Assembly: GCA_036172245.1 (NCBI GenBank)
Contig: JAYWIR010000012.1
Span: 3,596,001-3,660,000 of the forward strand
Direction: 5' to 3'
Length of the DNA stretch: 64,000 nt
Origin: Raillietiella orientalis
Taxonomy: Eukaryota
In this document: one piece after another, positions 50,241 to 63,415 of the stretch
Numbering within the stretch: position 1 is the stretch's first letter
How the letters are laid out: each line of letters starts with the position of its first letter
The notes under the pieces: model-generated
What the model was told of the DNA's origin: nothing
What the model saw: the letters and a program-made list of their open reading frames with translations, nothing else
Database searches by the model: none
Made by a program: the position numbers and the translations under genes

Positions 50241-52513
50241 AAAAAAAGAAAAAAAAAACAAAAAAAAGGAGAGAGAGACAGAGAGAGGGGGAAAAAAAAA
50301 ACGGAACTCTTTATTCACTCGCATAACCACGTTGTTTCCTTGTCTCAGTTTTTGCGCCAAAGTCTGGAAAAGAAGAATAAAAGTTGGCATAGCGAACATA
50401 GTTCTCTTTATTTTAGATTGCGGAGCCGTCCTTGTACTTGCGAGCATAAAGTGGTTTTTGTTTTTTTGTTTTTTTTGCCACGTGGAGGTGTATTTTTCGT
50501 ATCCGGACCGAGACGGTCAAAGCCGTCAGCGTTCGAGGGGGAGGGGGAGTGTCCCTTCCAGAACAGAGGTTGTGTGTCCTGTACCACAGAGTTGGGTGCT
50601 TTTCCGGGGAGGAGGGGCAACTAGACCAACTGAGAAGTGGTTGCCCTAATTGCCCCTCCCCGGGACGGCTTTTTTTGTGAGGTGTTTCGGGAGTCGCGTG
50701 CGATCGCAACCCTTCGCGCGCGTTCCCCGGAACCAACGACAGTGAGGTCACGCGGGCAAACATCGCAGCGGCAGCCCGTTGGTGCCGTGAAGGGGAACTG
50801 TTGTCTTACGTGTTCGCAAAGGTTACGCACGCGCACACACATGCACACACACACACGGGGGGGGGGGGGGGAAGTCGTGGCTGCTGGCGAATTCAGGCCT
50901 TCCGTTGTTGTTGTTTTTTGTTTTGCAAGCGGCGGCTGATTCGTGTGGATCGACTCCATTGAGCGGGATGCAGTGGGCATGGAAACGCGGAATTGGGAGC
51001 GCAGCACGAGGGAACTCTTCCTGTTCGGAGTCAGCATTTGCCTAACGCCGTTCGCGTCGTGCCCGGATGCGGAAGAGAAGGGAAGAGGGCTCGTAGTGAG
51101 AGCTGAAGTCTCAGCGGTGAGATCCGATCCGTTCGCGCCGGCCACCGCTGCTTCACGGCGAAAGAGTTGCCCTCTTCCCTTTGCGGACCATTGGTACCAC
51201 CGTTCGCAGCAAAGGCAGCATGTGAATCTTTTGCGAAGTGTGTATTCGCCGCTGCAAGTGTGGTTCTTCAGAGTTGAGAATATTTAAAATATGTGCGTGC
51301 GTGTGCTTCTCTCCCGCCCCCGCATTTTTTTTTTTCTTCTTCTTCTTCTTCCGCGGCGTTTGCTTTCAAAGCCTGTATTAACGGGTGTGCGGATTAGAAA
51401 AATATCTGGTTGAACAGTGTGCAAAACTCGTTCGTCGTACGACGGAAGAATGTGGAAAACTTCCGGTATGCATAGAAGATTCGTCAGTGAAACAGAAAAA
51501 CAGCTACTGCAGTGCATGCCGGATTGGAAGGAACGCTTGCACGACACGCCAGACGGGTGGGCAGATGGCTGGGAGCTTTATTTGCTGGCTGAGAAATGCA
51601 TTTTCTTTGGGGTGGGAAAGCGATGAGTGGCCTCCCTGGCTGCGAGCTGTCGCCTTCCAAACGGCGAGGGTTCACTCAGCCTCGTTGCGATTGCAGTCGG
51701 TGTTATCGCTTCCCGCAGTCGTGGTTTCCGAAGCGCTCAGGATTCGCTCTTTTCTGCCCCAAGGGTCACCGCAGATGATGATGGCCTTTGGGTTACCGTT
51801 TTCCCTGCCGCAGTCAACGCGAAGACTTCGCCCCGGTGTTTGGTGAGCCTTCGCGGTGTGGCATGGCTGCGGCGGTTGCGTGGCGCTGATGAACACTTTC
51901 CGAGTGACGCAAATGAGCCACGAGGTGAGATCGGCACTGGTGTCTTTGCGTTTGCCGGGACGAACTCGCGCTGCGAGGAACACGTGAAGGACGGAACCGC
52001 AACGCTCGCGGCAGTTCGGAAGCTGCGCCTCGCACCCGCGTGTAACCCACGCAGCCGGGAGCGCATTCACGCTCCCTACGCATCCCCCCCCGTTCGAGCA
52101 CACACCGCCCCCATGCCTCCCCACCCTCCTTTTCGCGTTTTCCTCTTCGGAATCCTTTAAGGAACTTGTGGTTCTCCGTGAGCCACTTGTCTCGGGGGCC
52201 GTGCGCCTGGAAGACGCGTGCCACCTCACGTCGCGATTCTGCGGTCCTTGCAATGCCAGGAACTTTTTTGCCGGAACAAAACGTTGAAAAGATCCGACCC
52301 AGTGGGCTTTATTGAAGAATGGGGGGGGGGGGGGATTTCGGTTTTGGCAAAGGATCGGGCGGGAATCAGTCGAACGATGTGCGATCCCGCTGAATGCTTT
52401 TGAGGGAGGAAAAAAAAAAAAAAAAAACTTTTGCCGTCCTAATATGTGATGATAGCATGTGTTCTCTTTCAGCTCACGAAAACAATGTTTGCCCTTGAAT
52501 TCTTGTGTTTCAG

Positions 52514-52716
52514 GGATGGATTATAGCTTCTCCTGCGACGAGTGTGGCCGATTCTATAAAACCAAGTACCTACTAAAGCGGCACACGAAATACGAATGTG
52601 GGAGTAAAAAACTGTTCACTTGCAGGGAGTGCCTCAGAAACTTCTCCCGCAGCGATGCACTCCTCCGTCACCTTAGATCAGTTCACAGGATTTCGCAACC
52701 TTATCTGCCTTCGTGA
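52514..52716 (+). CDS. Variable terminal exon B13, CCHC+C2H2 zinc-finger pair
   Basis: Acceptor cttgtgtttcAG, phase 1. Encodes FSCDECGRFYKTKYLLKRHTKYECGSKKLFTCRECLRNFSRSDALLRHLRSVH. AATAAA at 52957. Confidence 0.92.
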
Positions 52717-53059
52717 AACCACGTCCAAGACTTGCCATTCTTTTTGATGTGCTTTAATCGCGCCTTCCTGGCCAAAGCGTTTTCTCTCTCCCTATCTCTC
52801 TCTGTTTTTTTCTCTTTTCTTTGTACACTTCTCGATCTTTTAACATTTATTTTTTTTTTATTTTTTTAAGGACAAACGCTTGGTTCCCCCCCCCCTCTCC
52901 CCCACACGTACAGGATCGAATCCATTTTGGAATCCATAAACACTGGAATAATCACGAATAAATGATGAATTTTTTGGTTTGTTTCTTTGTTCACCGAAGG
53001 TTCATTTCACCACCACTTTGAAAACCTGACTTGCACCCCTCCCCCTTCAGAATGAAAAA

Positions 53060-53090
<31 letters not shown>

Positions 53091-54029
53091 AAGTAAAATA
53101 AAATATGACAGAAACAGCGTAAAATATTTTAACAGCGTCACTCAGTCGTTCTGGCGTGCACGGAGACAGCAGCAAAAGCTCCGATTCTTAGTTTTTGGAG
53201 TCCAGCACGGACGTCCAGGTTTAACGTAAAGTGGGTGCCCATGCCGCGCCTTCCACCTTCCGCTGAATCCAAAGCTCTTGAAAAGACAAACCAGTCGGGA
53301 ACGGGGAGGAAGGGCAAGGACTCACCACCCTGGCAAGGTTGGTTGATGAAATTCGGAAAGCGAACTGTGCAGAGCAGGGGAGGCGTGGTCACGGAAGTTT
53401 CCTTGTGCCTTCCGAGGAGCATCAGTCAGGCGGAGAAGATGCATCGGCGTTGCAATCGTCCACGGGGTTTGCAGCCCGTGGTGCTTTGGCTTCCACCGAA
53501 CGGGAGCCCCTTTCACTCGCCACACGGTGGTATATGTCTTCCTTTCCAGAGGCTCTTCGCATCCCAGGTGCTTTGCGTTTCTCTCAAAGGACCTCAGATG
53601 AGATTTTGATTCCTACGTTTATTATTTGCATCCGCGTACGCTTCCGATAAAACCCGCTCGCTCCAAACGGATGATCGGCACCCTCGTCGTTTTCTTCTTT
53701 TTGCGTAACCGAAACGAACGCAGAGATGAAACCTCAAGGACGAAGGTAGAAGATGAGGAAAGCGCGTTTCTGGACAGCTGCCCTTGCAGTGCGGGGTGCC
53801 GACAAAGCACTTACCTGGAATCGCGGAGTATTCCTCTCCCTTTTTGCCTCCGAGGAAAGGAACTGTTTCGACTTGCGTCTTGTGGACAGTTTGCCTCCTT
53901 GGTAAAACGTAAGGTGGTTGCGATGAATGTGGAAAAAAATTGTGGCCGCGATTGTGGCTTCGCATTTTGCTGCAGCTTGAACGCTGGTTCTTTCTCACCC
54001 TGCTTTTGGCCATCAAGGACGTTTCCTTA

Positions 54030-54700
54030 TTTAAATAGAGGGGAATGGGCACGACAGCTTTCCAGTCAAAATGAAGTGCAAACGACCAATTCCATGCAAA
54101 AGTTGACAGTTTGTGCCATTTCCTGGCTTATGCTTTCTTGCCACTGAAAACGGAAAGCGTCTTGGTTTGCTCACGTTCACCTCGTTCTGGAACAAACACG
54201 TCAGAAACACACACGAAAACGCAATTCAGTGTACTCCGATCTTCCTCGTCGTGTTTGCAAAAATTCAACGGCCACTGTCCCTTTTGTTGTGACTGCGGGC
54301 TTCCAGGGTGGCCATAGGCAAGAGAAGAAGCAGGTCGTCAGCGTGGACAACTCAGGCCGGTGTACCTAGAAAGGAGATATGCAGTTGGAGAGCGTCATCT
54401 TGTAAGTTTTCAGCACCAATTCGAAGAAGATGCTGAAGAGCAGAGCAGATCTGTCGCCTTGTTTGATGGCCTGCCGTACTGGGTATGACGCATAAGTGGC
54501 AGCCACTAAAAGGGAGATACAGCATAACGCGTGGCACCAGCAGGAGCTCAAGAAGGTGCTCTGGAAACCTAGAAGCTTCAAGAGCTCCAGAAGAAGCTCC
54601 CCGTTGATGTAGGCGAATGCCAGCAAGGCACCCGGCGGTGCAACCACCAAGCAACCAGATGGTCCCTATCAGCAGAAAGCGAACTGCTAACTGGTGGCTT
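54030..54700 (-). mobile_element. Decayed non-LTR (L1/Tx1-like) retrotransposon reverse-transcriptase fragment
   Basis: Minus strand: AFAYINGELLLELLKLLGFQSTFL (KAFD....L...L...GF-like), YPVRQAIKQGDRSALLFSIFFE (GVRQGDPLSPLLF-like), VHADDLLLL (HADD at 54334-54345) and downstream PIPLYL. Frameshifted; true ends not determined. Confidence 0.7.
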
Positions 54701-55749
54701 CCCTTTCTTTGCTTCACGGCAGCAGCCACCGGTCTCTCTGAATGCCATGGTCACAGAGCTGAAGCAGCGAAACTGTACGTTGGTGTGCGGTTCCAGTTAG
54801 CTGCCGTTGCGTTCATGAATCTGTTGTTATTCCATCTCGACAAGTATTTGGCGCAGTTGCAGTTTCCTTCTTACACAGGATGCAGCAGCAAGTGCGAACA
54901 TGTGTGTGCGCGATCATTTAGCTCGTGTTTAACGGTAGGTCGACAGGATTTGCGATCGAATTACTGTTGTGTGACCACTGTTGATGATGCCAACGAGAGA
55001 AAGCTCATGTCGGCAAAGCCAAAAGGAACCACTTGTCTCGCTCATGGCTCGCAGCGCGAATGGGAACGCCTGCAGACGCAGGACCGCTTTTCGTCTTCTG
55101 ATGCTTCCCCCGTGTTCGTGCCCAAGGTATCAGCTTTTCAGGATGCAGCACCTACAAACGAAGAGGAGCGTGTTTGTGGGATCACTGGACGTAATCGTAA
55201 CTTCATCATGGAAAGGAAAGGAAATCAGACTCCTTAGCCAATGCAAAGAAAAAAAAGACAAGCAGTGGAAGCTCAAATTGTGCCACACAATTATTTACTT
55301 TTTTTACGGCATCAACACCCCTTTGTAATCTGTGAAAAACAAAAAAAAAATGTAATCGAAAGGATGATGCGTTTTTAAAATGTCGCAAAACACGAAAACA
55401 TGCCGTAAGCAAAGATTCAGAGCTACAGATTATTCTTGGGCTCTGAAAAAACTCTCGAGGAAACGACATTTGTATCCATTCGTTTTATGAAGGAAAAAAA
55501 AAAAACGAAAAACAACGTTATTAATTTGGAAATGAGCTCATTTCACAGAATTCATGACTTTTTGGATTGATAGAGGTTTGAAATAAAGATCTTCTAAATC
55601 TTCAAGCACTTTTGATACGCATGACAAATTCTGAATTACATTCTAAGACGAAATTCCAATTCGACGTGGATTTGAAAGATGCTTCCAAAAGTGTACGCGG
55701 AATGCAAAAAGTTCGAGTTTTCCTCCTGTTTCCTTGGCACTAGAATACT

Positions 55750-55865
55750 CCACAACGACGTCAAGAGCAAACATTTACCTTTCAAAACACCACCTAGGAA
55801 ACGATGGCGGGAAAAACGAAATCGAAAACGTTATAGCAACGCAGGTGATTCCGGTATTTGTAAGT
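55750..55865 (+). promoter_or_regulatory. Candidate promoter / 5' non-coding exon of locus C
   Basis: GACGTCA, then a YY1-like GATGGCGG at about 55803, then a GTAAGT donor-like site at 55860. The ATG exon of locus C has an acceptor at 58493-58494, so an upstream exon is required. Confidence 0.25.
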
Positions 55866-58505
55866 GTTTGTAAGTACATAATAATTTCAAGTTAAGGAAA
55901 TCTGAGGAAGCTGGGCGTCATTACGCCTCGGCATATCCATAACTGCTTTGACAACCTCAAGCTGTGCACGAAGGAAATGAGAAAGGCACACAATATTGCA
56001 AAAACTTTGAACATTCAAGCAACACCAGGACAACTAAGACACAGGGAGCAGCAAGCAGTGCAAAAATAAGGATTGGGTTTGTTCCTGTGAACATATACAC
56101 CTTATCTTATCTTTGCGAGCTTGTATCAATTTTCCTTTCATTATGTCAGAAAAACAGAACTTGACTGCAGGCGAGCTCAAAAGGTAAAGCCATCTTGAAA
56201 AGTAAAATGCCACATACCTCTTGAATGGTAGAGAAAGATGCCATTCAAAACAAGCTATTTCTTGACATGTATGCTATTGAGTTACAGAAATTCATACTTA
56301 GTGCACATGAAAAATTGATTTGAAACTGCCTGGGAGCCATTGATCTTCAAACTCTCTGAGAATACCTCTGAGAAAATTCATACTGATGGAGACATGTGAG
56401 ATATCCACTCCTTCTCATAAGTCTCTAATTACGTTTTCCTTCTACACTGAGCTTTCAGTTCATACCCTCATCTCTGCTAACGTGAAAGCTGACACTTGTG
56501 ACAAATGTCACACGATGAAAGATGCTTAAATCACGACTGCAACTTTCTTAATTTGAAAATTTCCGTGAGTTCGTATTTTTCCCTTTTTAAATTCGATCAC
56601 CGTGGAGAGTGATAATGCTGCATTGAGCATTACCTATCTTCGGGCACTATGCACATTTCAGTGAGTGAAATCCTTTAAATTATTTTTCCAACCGAATTCT
56701 TCACTTTTGCATTACATGGCTACACCATAAGAGATTTCACATTTTGCTGCTCTGGAATATATAAATGTTGAAATAAAATCAACTTAGAAATCGTTTACAT
56801 ATACATACATACACACACAGAACAAAACTTTGGGGATTGTAAGGATTAATGAAAAATGAAAACGAGTGTGTTTGTGAAAATAGGAAATTATAATTGCCAA
56901 TTCGAGTTCGCATGTCAAAGAAATGAACTGAAAGTTTTCGATAGCAGCATCTTTTTTTCGTTTTCCTTTTTTCGTATTACTCATCTAATACGGGAGAAAA
57001 TATGAAATAGTTTATAGCCAAATAGAAAATGCCTGATTAACTCTGGCATATTTTTCGAAATTTTCTCGAAAAGTGCCATTGCCAAGCCATGAAAAGGAAT
57101 CCATCTCGGAAAGATTTAGTAGCGTTATTTTTGCAAAATTTTCGACATTGTTTTGGAAAGTAATGACTGGCAATTTGGTGATGCCTTAAGTATTGATTAA
57201 AGTCAAACATCTCGCCAAGTTTCTGCAGAGTTGATGCTGTAGTCAATGTGAGTGTAGTTTTCATCATTGTCGAAAATAATATAATTCTTGAGTGTAAGCG
57301 TGATGTTGTACTTATGTGGTAATCTTATTTTTTCCGTAAAAGCTACCAGCGTAATTTGTGTAGTGTCATAGGAAAACAAAAGAGTGCTATGTTCCCCCCC
57401 CCCCTCTAACATAATAGTAGTTTGTGAGTTACAGCTGCAGAAAACTCATTACGCCTTTAGATACGTGGAATTAAGAAAACACAAATGAGTTCCATGGAAT
57501 AAGTGGTAGTGTTTAGGATTGTGTGCGTGTCTGTGTGTTTTAACTTCATGGTTGACATTCAGCGTTGAACCACGGAGATCTTAAACTGTCTTGCGTGATG
57601 TGTGCTTGGATGTTTCCTTTGTAAGGAGGTTCGCATTTGCGTATGATATGGAGACAGTTCGAGGACGGAAATCTTCAGTTTAAACTTGGTGCAGCTGCTG
57701 CTAGGTGTCTGCTAGTAATTCTCTGTTGATTTCCATGTATTCGTCTGTGCATTATTCAATTGTGTATTAATTTTGAAGTTTGCCAATATGCGTAGTCGTT
57801 CTAGAGTCCAGCAAGGGAAACCAAACGTGAATTTCAAATTACTATTATTAGTTTGTAGGAATTCTTGAGCCATGTTTTGTGAAAAAAAGATGAGCTTGCT
57901 ATACTTGCGTTTCTTTTATAAGGACGAAACTTGCATCGTTTTTGCAGAAACAAAAACAGGAAACAGAAAGAATTAGTCAGTGAGATAATTTATGGATCAA
58001 GCTTACTTTGACCAAGAATATCGTTAACCAATAGGCAAATTTTCTGGCAAAATTTAAGTAATGGAGTCTACTTTCTTATTTTGTGGTGGTTACGGGTTAA
58101 GTTGGCAGGTTTTATTTTGTAGATTGTGTTGACAGATGGAATGCCAGCTTCCCGGTGTTTATTAAAAAATTGTGAAACTGAATGTTCCTTCAAATTAATA
58201 GAAGTGATTCAGTTAAATTTGTGAGATTCTATTTGTATTTTTACGCAGTGCTACTTTGATAGTAAAGACTGGTTAAATGATTCTAGTGTTTTTCTGGAAT
58301 ATTCCTCTCCATATGTATTATATTAAGTAAAAAATTCATTGGAGAATGTTCAGTAGTGATGCGTAATTCTTACAAACAAATACAGTCAATGCACACACAT
58401 ACAGTGAAATCTAGTGATTTAGGTTCTTATGTTAAGTTATTTGTTTCATTGAAATCTTGTTTTCTTTCACTAAGAAATTATTAATGCTTTTCAGAAGATC
58501 ACAAA

Positions 58506-58673
58506 ATGGAGCAACAGTTTTGTTTGCGCTGGAATAATCATCAGAATACAATCTTAAGAATGCTAAGTGATTTATTTTCAAATGAAAAGTTGACCGATGT
58601 GGTCCTTAGTGCTGAAGGTCAAATGATTAGTGCTCACAAGGTTGTGTTATCAGCATGTAGTCCATATTTTGAG
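58506..58673 (+). CDS. Locus C constant coding exon 1: BTB N-terminal half, lola-like paralog
   Basis: [56 protein letters not shown]; 42/56 identical to locus B by hand count. Donor GAG|GTAAGC at the same position as in locus B. Confidence 0.95.
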
Positions 58674-58718
58674 GTAAGCAACCATGTTGCAAGGATTTTT
58701 CATTTTATTTTTTCCTAG

Positions 58719-59241
58719 CAAATTTTTGCGTATTGTAGTGAAAAAAACTTGGTTGTACTCCTTAATGATGTGAGCTTTGAAGATCTCCGCAGCTTGTTGG
58801 ACTTTATGTACTTGGGTGAAGTTAGTGTATCACAAGAAAGGTTATCCTGTTTTATTAAAACGGCAGAGAATTTAAAAATCAAAGGACTTGCACATACAAG
58901 TGATGAAGGAACTAAACTCGTTTGCCAACCTGAACACTCATCCAGTGCTACAAAGAGAACAACAAATCAGGGTCCTTCTTCACCAAAAAAACAGTGTTTT
59001 TTCAAAGCTGAATTTACTGAAGAAACACCTGAGGGTGTTACTAGTGAATATTCAACTCAGGTTCCTGGATCTGAAGAACCTGTGTTTTCCAGTTCTTTAT
59101 TAGTCTCTGCACAAAAAGATGACAAACAGTTTACATGTCTGCCATTTATCATTGAACCCAAAAAGGAAATGTCAGATGAAGATATGGATTCATTTAATGC
59201 ATTGGAACAAAATCCATATCCTCTTACACATGAATTAGATG
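58719..59241 (+). CDS. Locus C constant coding exon 2: BTB C-terminal half plus linker
   Basis: Follows a 45-nt intron. Encodes QIFAYCSEKNLVVLLNDVSFEDLRSLLDFMYLGEVSVSQERLSCFIKTAENLKIKGLA... Phase-1 donor GATG|GTAAGA. Confidence 0.93.
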
Positions 59242-59290
59242 GTAAGATCCCATAATAGATCCGGAATGCTATCTTATGTTTTCAATTTAG

Positions 59291-59362
59291 CAAATTTAGC
59301 GAACACATCTGCTTATGAGGAAAATGGATCCTGCTCACAAGAAAATCCAGAAGCTGCTAATG
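59291..59362 (+). CDS. Locus C last constant exon
   Basis: Follows a 49-nt intron; an alternative in-frame acceptor would start the exon at 59300. 72 nt, ANLANTSAYEENGSCSQENPEAAN(G), phase-1 donor AATG|GTAAAT. Confidence 0.8.
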
Positions 59363-62300
59363 GTAAATTGGCATACAAATGGACACAATATCATGCTTGT
59401 GTCAAGTAATCCAGATGAACTCTTATATTAAACATAATTCAGCCACATTAAGACAGATGCAAATATCTTGGTTGTGTAGGCTATTTTGTTGATATTGTCT
59501 TGGAAATAACAAGCACTGGAGAGAATTGGCGAATGCAATGCAGGCATTGGGAAACAAGGCTCAGGGCAAAAAAAGTCAGGTTGACGAGTTCTGTCAGTTG
59601 TGCTTATCTTGATGGTGTCAAATAATTTGCATTCTTTATGAGCCATGAGCAATTTGCCATCATTTTGGATTTTTAAATAGGAGTTCTCAGTAGGAGAAGG
59701 GTTGCTCAATTGGTGTTTGTCTTTCAAATGAATGTATAAGTGAATTGTAAACCTTGATAAGTGAGTGATATTTGACTCATGCTTCGTTTTTTTTTTGGCA
59801 TTTGTCATCGGAAAATCCATTCTCTGAAACCTTTGATCTGATGGATATTGAATTCAGTAGTGCTTATGAAGGTGAATGTTAGTTTTCTTGTTGGAAGTGC
59901 AAAATGTGTGCTTTTGGGGGAATTTTAGTAAAAATCAAGGGAATCAATTTTGGAAATCAGAGTAACAACAATTTTTAAGTTTTGGTATATTTTGTTAGAG
60001 CTAACAAATTTGCATGTGTTTATTATTATTCCTTTTTTGAAAATTTGAAATCAAACAAAGAAATCTGTATAATCATTGTTTTCAGTTTTTGTGTTTATAG
60101 CTTGATATGCTGTGCAAATCAACAATTTATTAATTGCTGCAATTTCTTGAAAAATGTAGAACAAAAAAAGATACACTTTCAGTCATTTCTTAATCCAATC
60201 ATTTTATTTTCCGAAATTCTCATACATATGAGTTTAAAGAATGAATAATTTTTTAAACAAGTGTAAGTTAGTGGCAGCATAATACTACTGGTATTCATAC
60301 CATGTTTTCTGATGCAGATGTTTTGCAAATATGTGTAATTGTATTCAGAATGGTTCACATTTGCTTAGCTGAAATGCTGTGTTGAATTCTTTGTAGAATT
60401 CCAATTTCTCTGATTCGTAGCTGTTGTTCCCCCCATTTAAGGTATTACTTTATTAAATTAAGATTATGAAAATTACTGTCTTGGATCTTTGTAGATTGCG
60501 GTTATATGCTTGCCTGCAGTAAGCAGCAGTGCATTCTACAATTCTTATCTCAAAAATGATTTCATTCAGTACTAAGGGTTTTGATCATTCATCTGTTTAA
60601 ATAGTTGAACAGCATTTCGCGTTTTGTATCAGAATGTTGGACAAAAAATTGTTTGTGGAATAATGCCATGTCTATTTTTGTCATCTTCAAAACACATAAG
60701 AATATTTTGTGATCATTAAGTATACGTGGGAAAGATAATGTGATTAAATGGAAATGTATGGAACCATGCATAAAACAATTTTTGTAAACTGGCTGTTTTA
60801 TGTACTTAAAAGTAGAAAAGTATTGGTTACATCACGAAAGGATCTTGTAATCAGTATGAAAGTTCTCCTAATGGAGCTGAAAATGCTTTTTTTTGTAAAT
60901 ATTGAAAGGCAGACATTATAAATACACTTATTTTGTAAAATGGATTTTTTTATTTTCATGTTGGTCTGTTATTCATGCAGAGCAATTTTCTTGCTTTCAG
61001 TATTTAATCTATGAACATTATTCATGTATATTAAAAACAACTTTTCGTACTTTCAACAAAGTCCTAAGCATTTTCTGACAGTACTTAATGGATTTTATCA
61101 TTTCATGAAAACAAGTCATTGAAATTGTGATTACAATTTTGATATGGTTTTTTGTTATTCCCTGCTTCTCATTTGTGCAATGGTTGGTTTCATACTTATA
61201 AGAAATGAAAATTCTTTTATTCAATATCCATTAGCTTATGCTCACAGAAGTATGTGTTAGAAAATACATAGCGTAAAGTGTATGCTCTTGGTAATGTTAA
61301 TCAAGGATGTGTGCTGAATTGTATTTGATGTTCTTGTTATGAGTCCTGTTTGAAACCTTTTGTTCATTAATTTTTTTTAAATTACATTTTAGCTGTTCCC
61401 CAAATTTTGTGGACCTATGTTTAGCTTATGTATTATCAACAGTAAAAAAATTCATTCAGTTTTTGTAGAATAATGTAAAATATGATTGTAGTCAGAAATG
61501 GTGGTGCACAGAACAGTAAAGCATGATTGTGTGTTTCAAATGAAGCATTTTTTTTTATCTGTTGTCATAGTTATACTGTTAAAGTGAAATTGAATTTCTT
61601 TACCTAACCATGATGTTTGAAAATTGATTTTTCTTGCAGTTTACAAACACCATTACTTTTCGGTCAAGTAATATGAAATTGGCATGTTACAGGCAGGCAT
61701 GTACAATTGTGTGAAGCAGTTGGCGCATGTTTCATGTTATTCCACCGTATTTACGTGACATTTTATTGCTGTACATGTGACTATGAAAAAACACACAAGT
61801 TTCCGTTTGATGTTTACTTGTAATTTTAAAAACTGGTATGCACGTGGAGTTATTATAAGGACTTTTCCGTTTAACGAGAAAGAAATTCTGAACGTAACTG
61901 CAATAATCATGATTTCTCTCTGTTCTAAACACAAAAATGTATTTCTACTAGAGATATTGAATGTTAATTATATAAAGACTTGGAAATACCAACTGGATGC
62001 AGGAAAGTGAAACTCGTAGGAAGAAGCAAGCGATAAAATTCATTTTCTAGCCCAAGTTTTTCACCATTTTAATTACAATGATCAATAAGACAACAATCTT
62101 TTTTTAAAAAAGGTCAATAATTTAATGAAATGGTGAGTGTGTTAAGAGAGGTGACGACAGGTAATACCAGTCACTGTAACAGAATGATATTTATTTTGCG
62201 GAGTTTGGAATAACTGATCATTGTACGATACATGATTGATATGCTTGATGTTTGGCAGATGTGCGAAATTGTAATAATAATGTTAGATTTTAATTTAATT

Positions 62301-63415
62301 TAGTTATGCGTGAGAAGTATGATTTCCATGTATGTATTATAAAAATTGATGCTTTTTGGCCATGTAATTGTGGCGATTTCGCAATTGTGCAAGACATAAT
62401 TTTTCAGTGGTGAAAATTATTGCAATAAATTATGCGCAAAGTAGGAACAAAATCATGGAAAATCCTTGAATCCATAAATTTGATATTTACAAATGTTAAG
62501 CATTCATTTATAGTTTCCAAGCTTACACATCTGAAAACAAGTATCCAAAAATACAGAACAAAAGGTGTACAATCAACATAAAACATTATTACCACAGAGA
62601 TAATAGTAGTATATTGTAAGTCATCGATTTTATTATGTAATTTGGAATTACTTACGATTCATTAGTTGAGAGAAGCAATTTTTTTTTTTTTTTTTTTGCA
62701 AATTTTAAAGTATGAGTATGTATATATTTATGCAGTCATAAATCCCCAAACAATAGGGAAAACAAGCTTACATCATCCTAGAATGCTATTTGTTATGAGG
62801 ATTTTGTACAAAGGATTGCATTCCTTGAATTAGCATACTGAAAACAAAGCTAAATTATAGTGTCCACAATTACTGGAAAGTTTCTGATTGATTCTATCAA
62901 GTAAAGACTGTATGTATAAGTTTCTGATGGTATATTTGGTATTAATAAATCCAATTTATGTTTAGATATACTGCTCAGAATTTGTGATTTACAAAGTTTG
63001 TTATCTACACCATATAAGTCCAATATCCTTTTGCGCAGTTATTCTTGAGATGAAAATCGGAGATGTAGGAATGGGTCAGGGAATAACTGGAGGTATTATA
63101 GGGTGTTTGGTCCGGTTGCTAGTCAGGTAAGAGATAGGAATGATGGTAATTTGATTTTACTTTGAAATAAGTAAACATAATTGTGTATAACAATTGAATT
63201 GCCACAATTGAATGTTGCCTTTGTGTATAGTGAGTCTCCAATTTGCAGCAGTGAGTTGTTGATGGTGGTTAAATATTTGATGTTACAATTTGCGGAGTTA
63301 CTTCCTTGAAATTCACATGATATCTTTAGATTATTATTTTTTTTTTTTTCTTTTTTCTTTTTTTAATAATGCTGAAACAGGATTGTTATTTGTTTCTAGT
63401 TTTATTGTTTTACAG

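Noticed and set aside
59428..59820. 130-aa minus-strand ORF in the locus C intron
   Set aside because: No recognisable motif or supporting splice signals.
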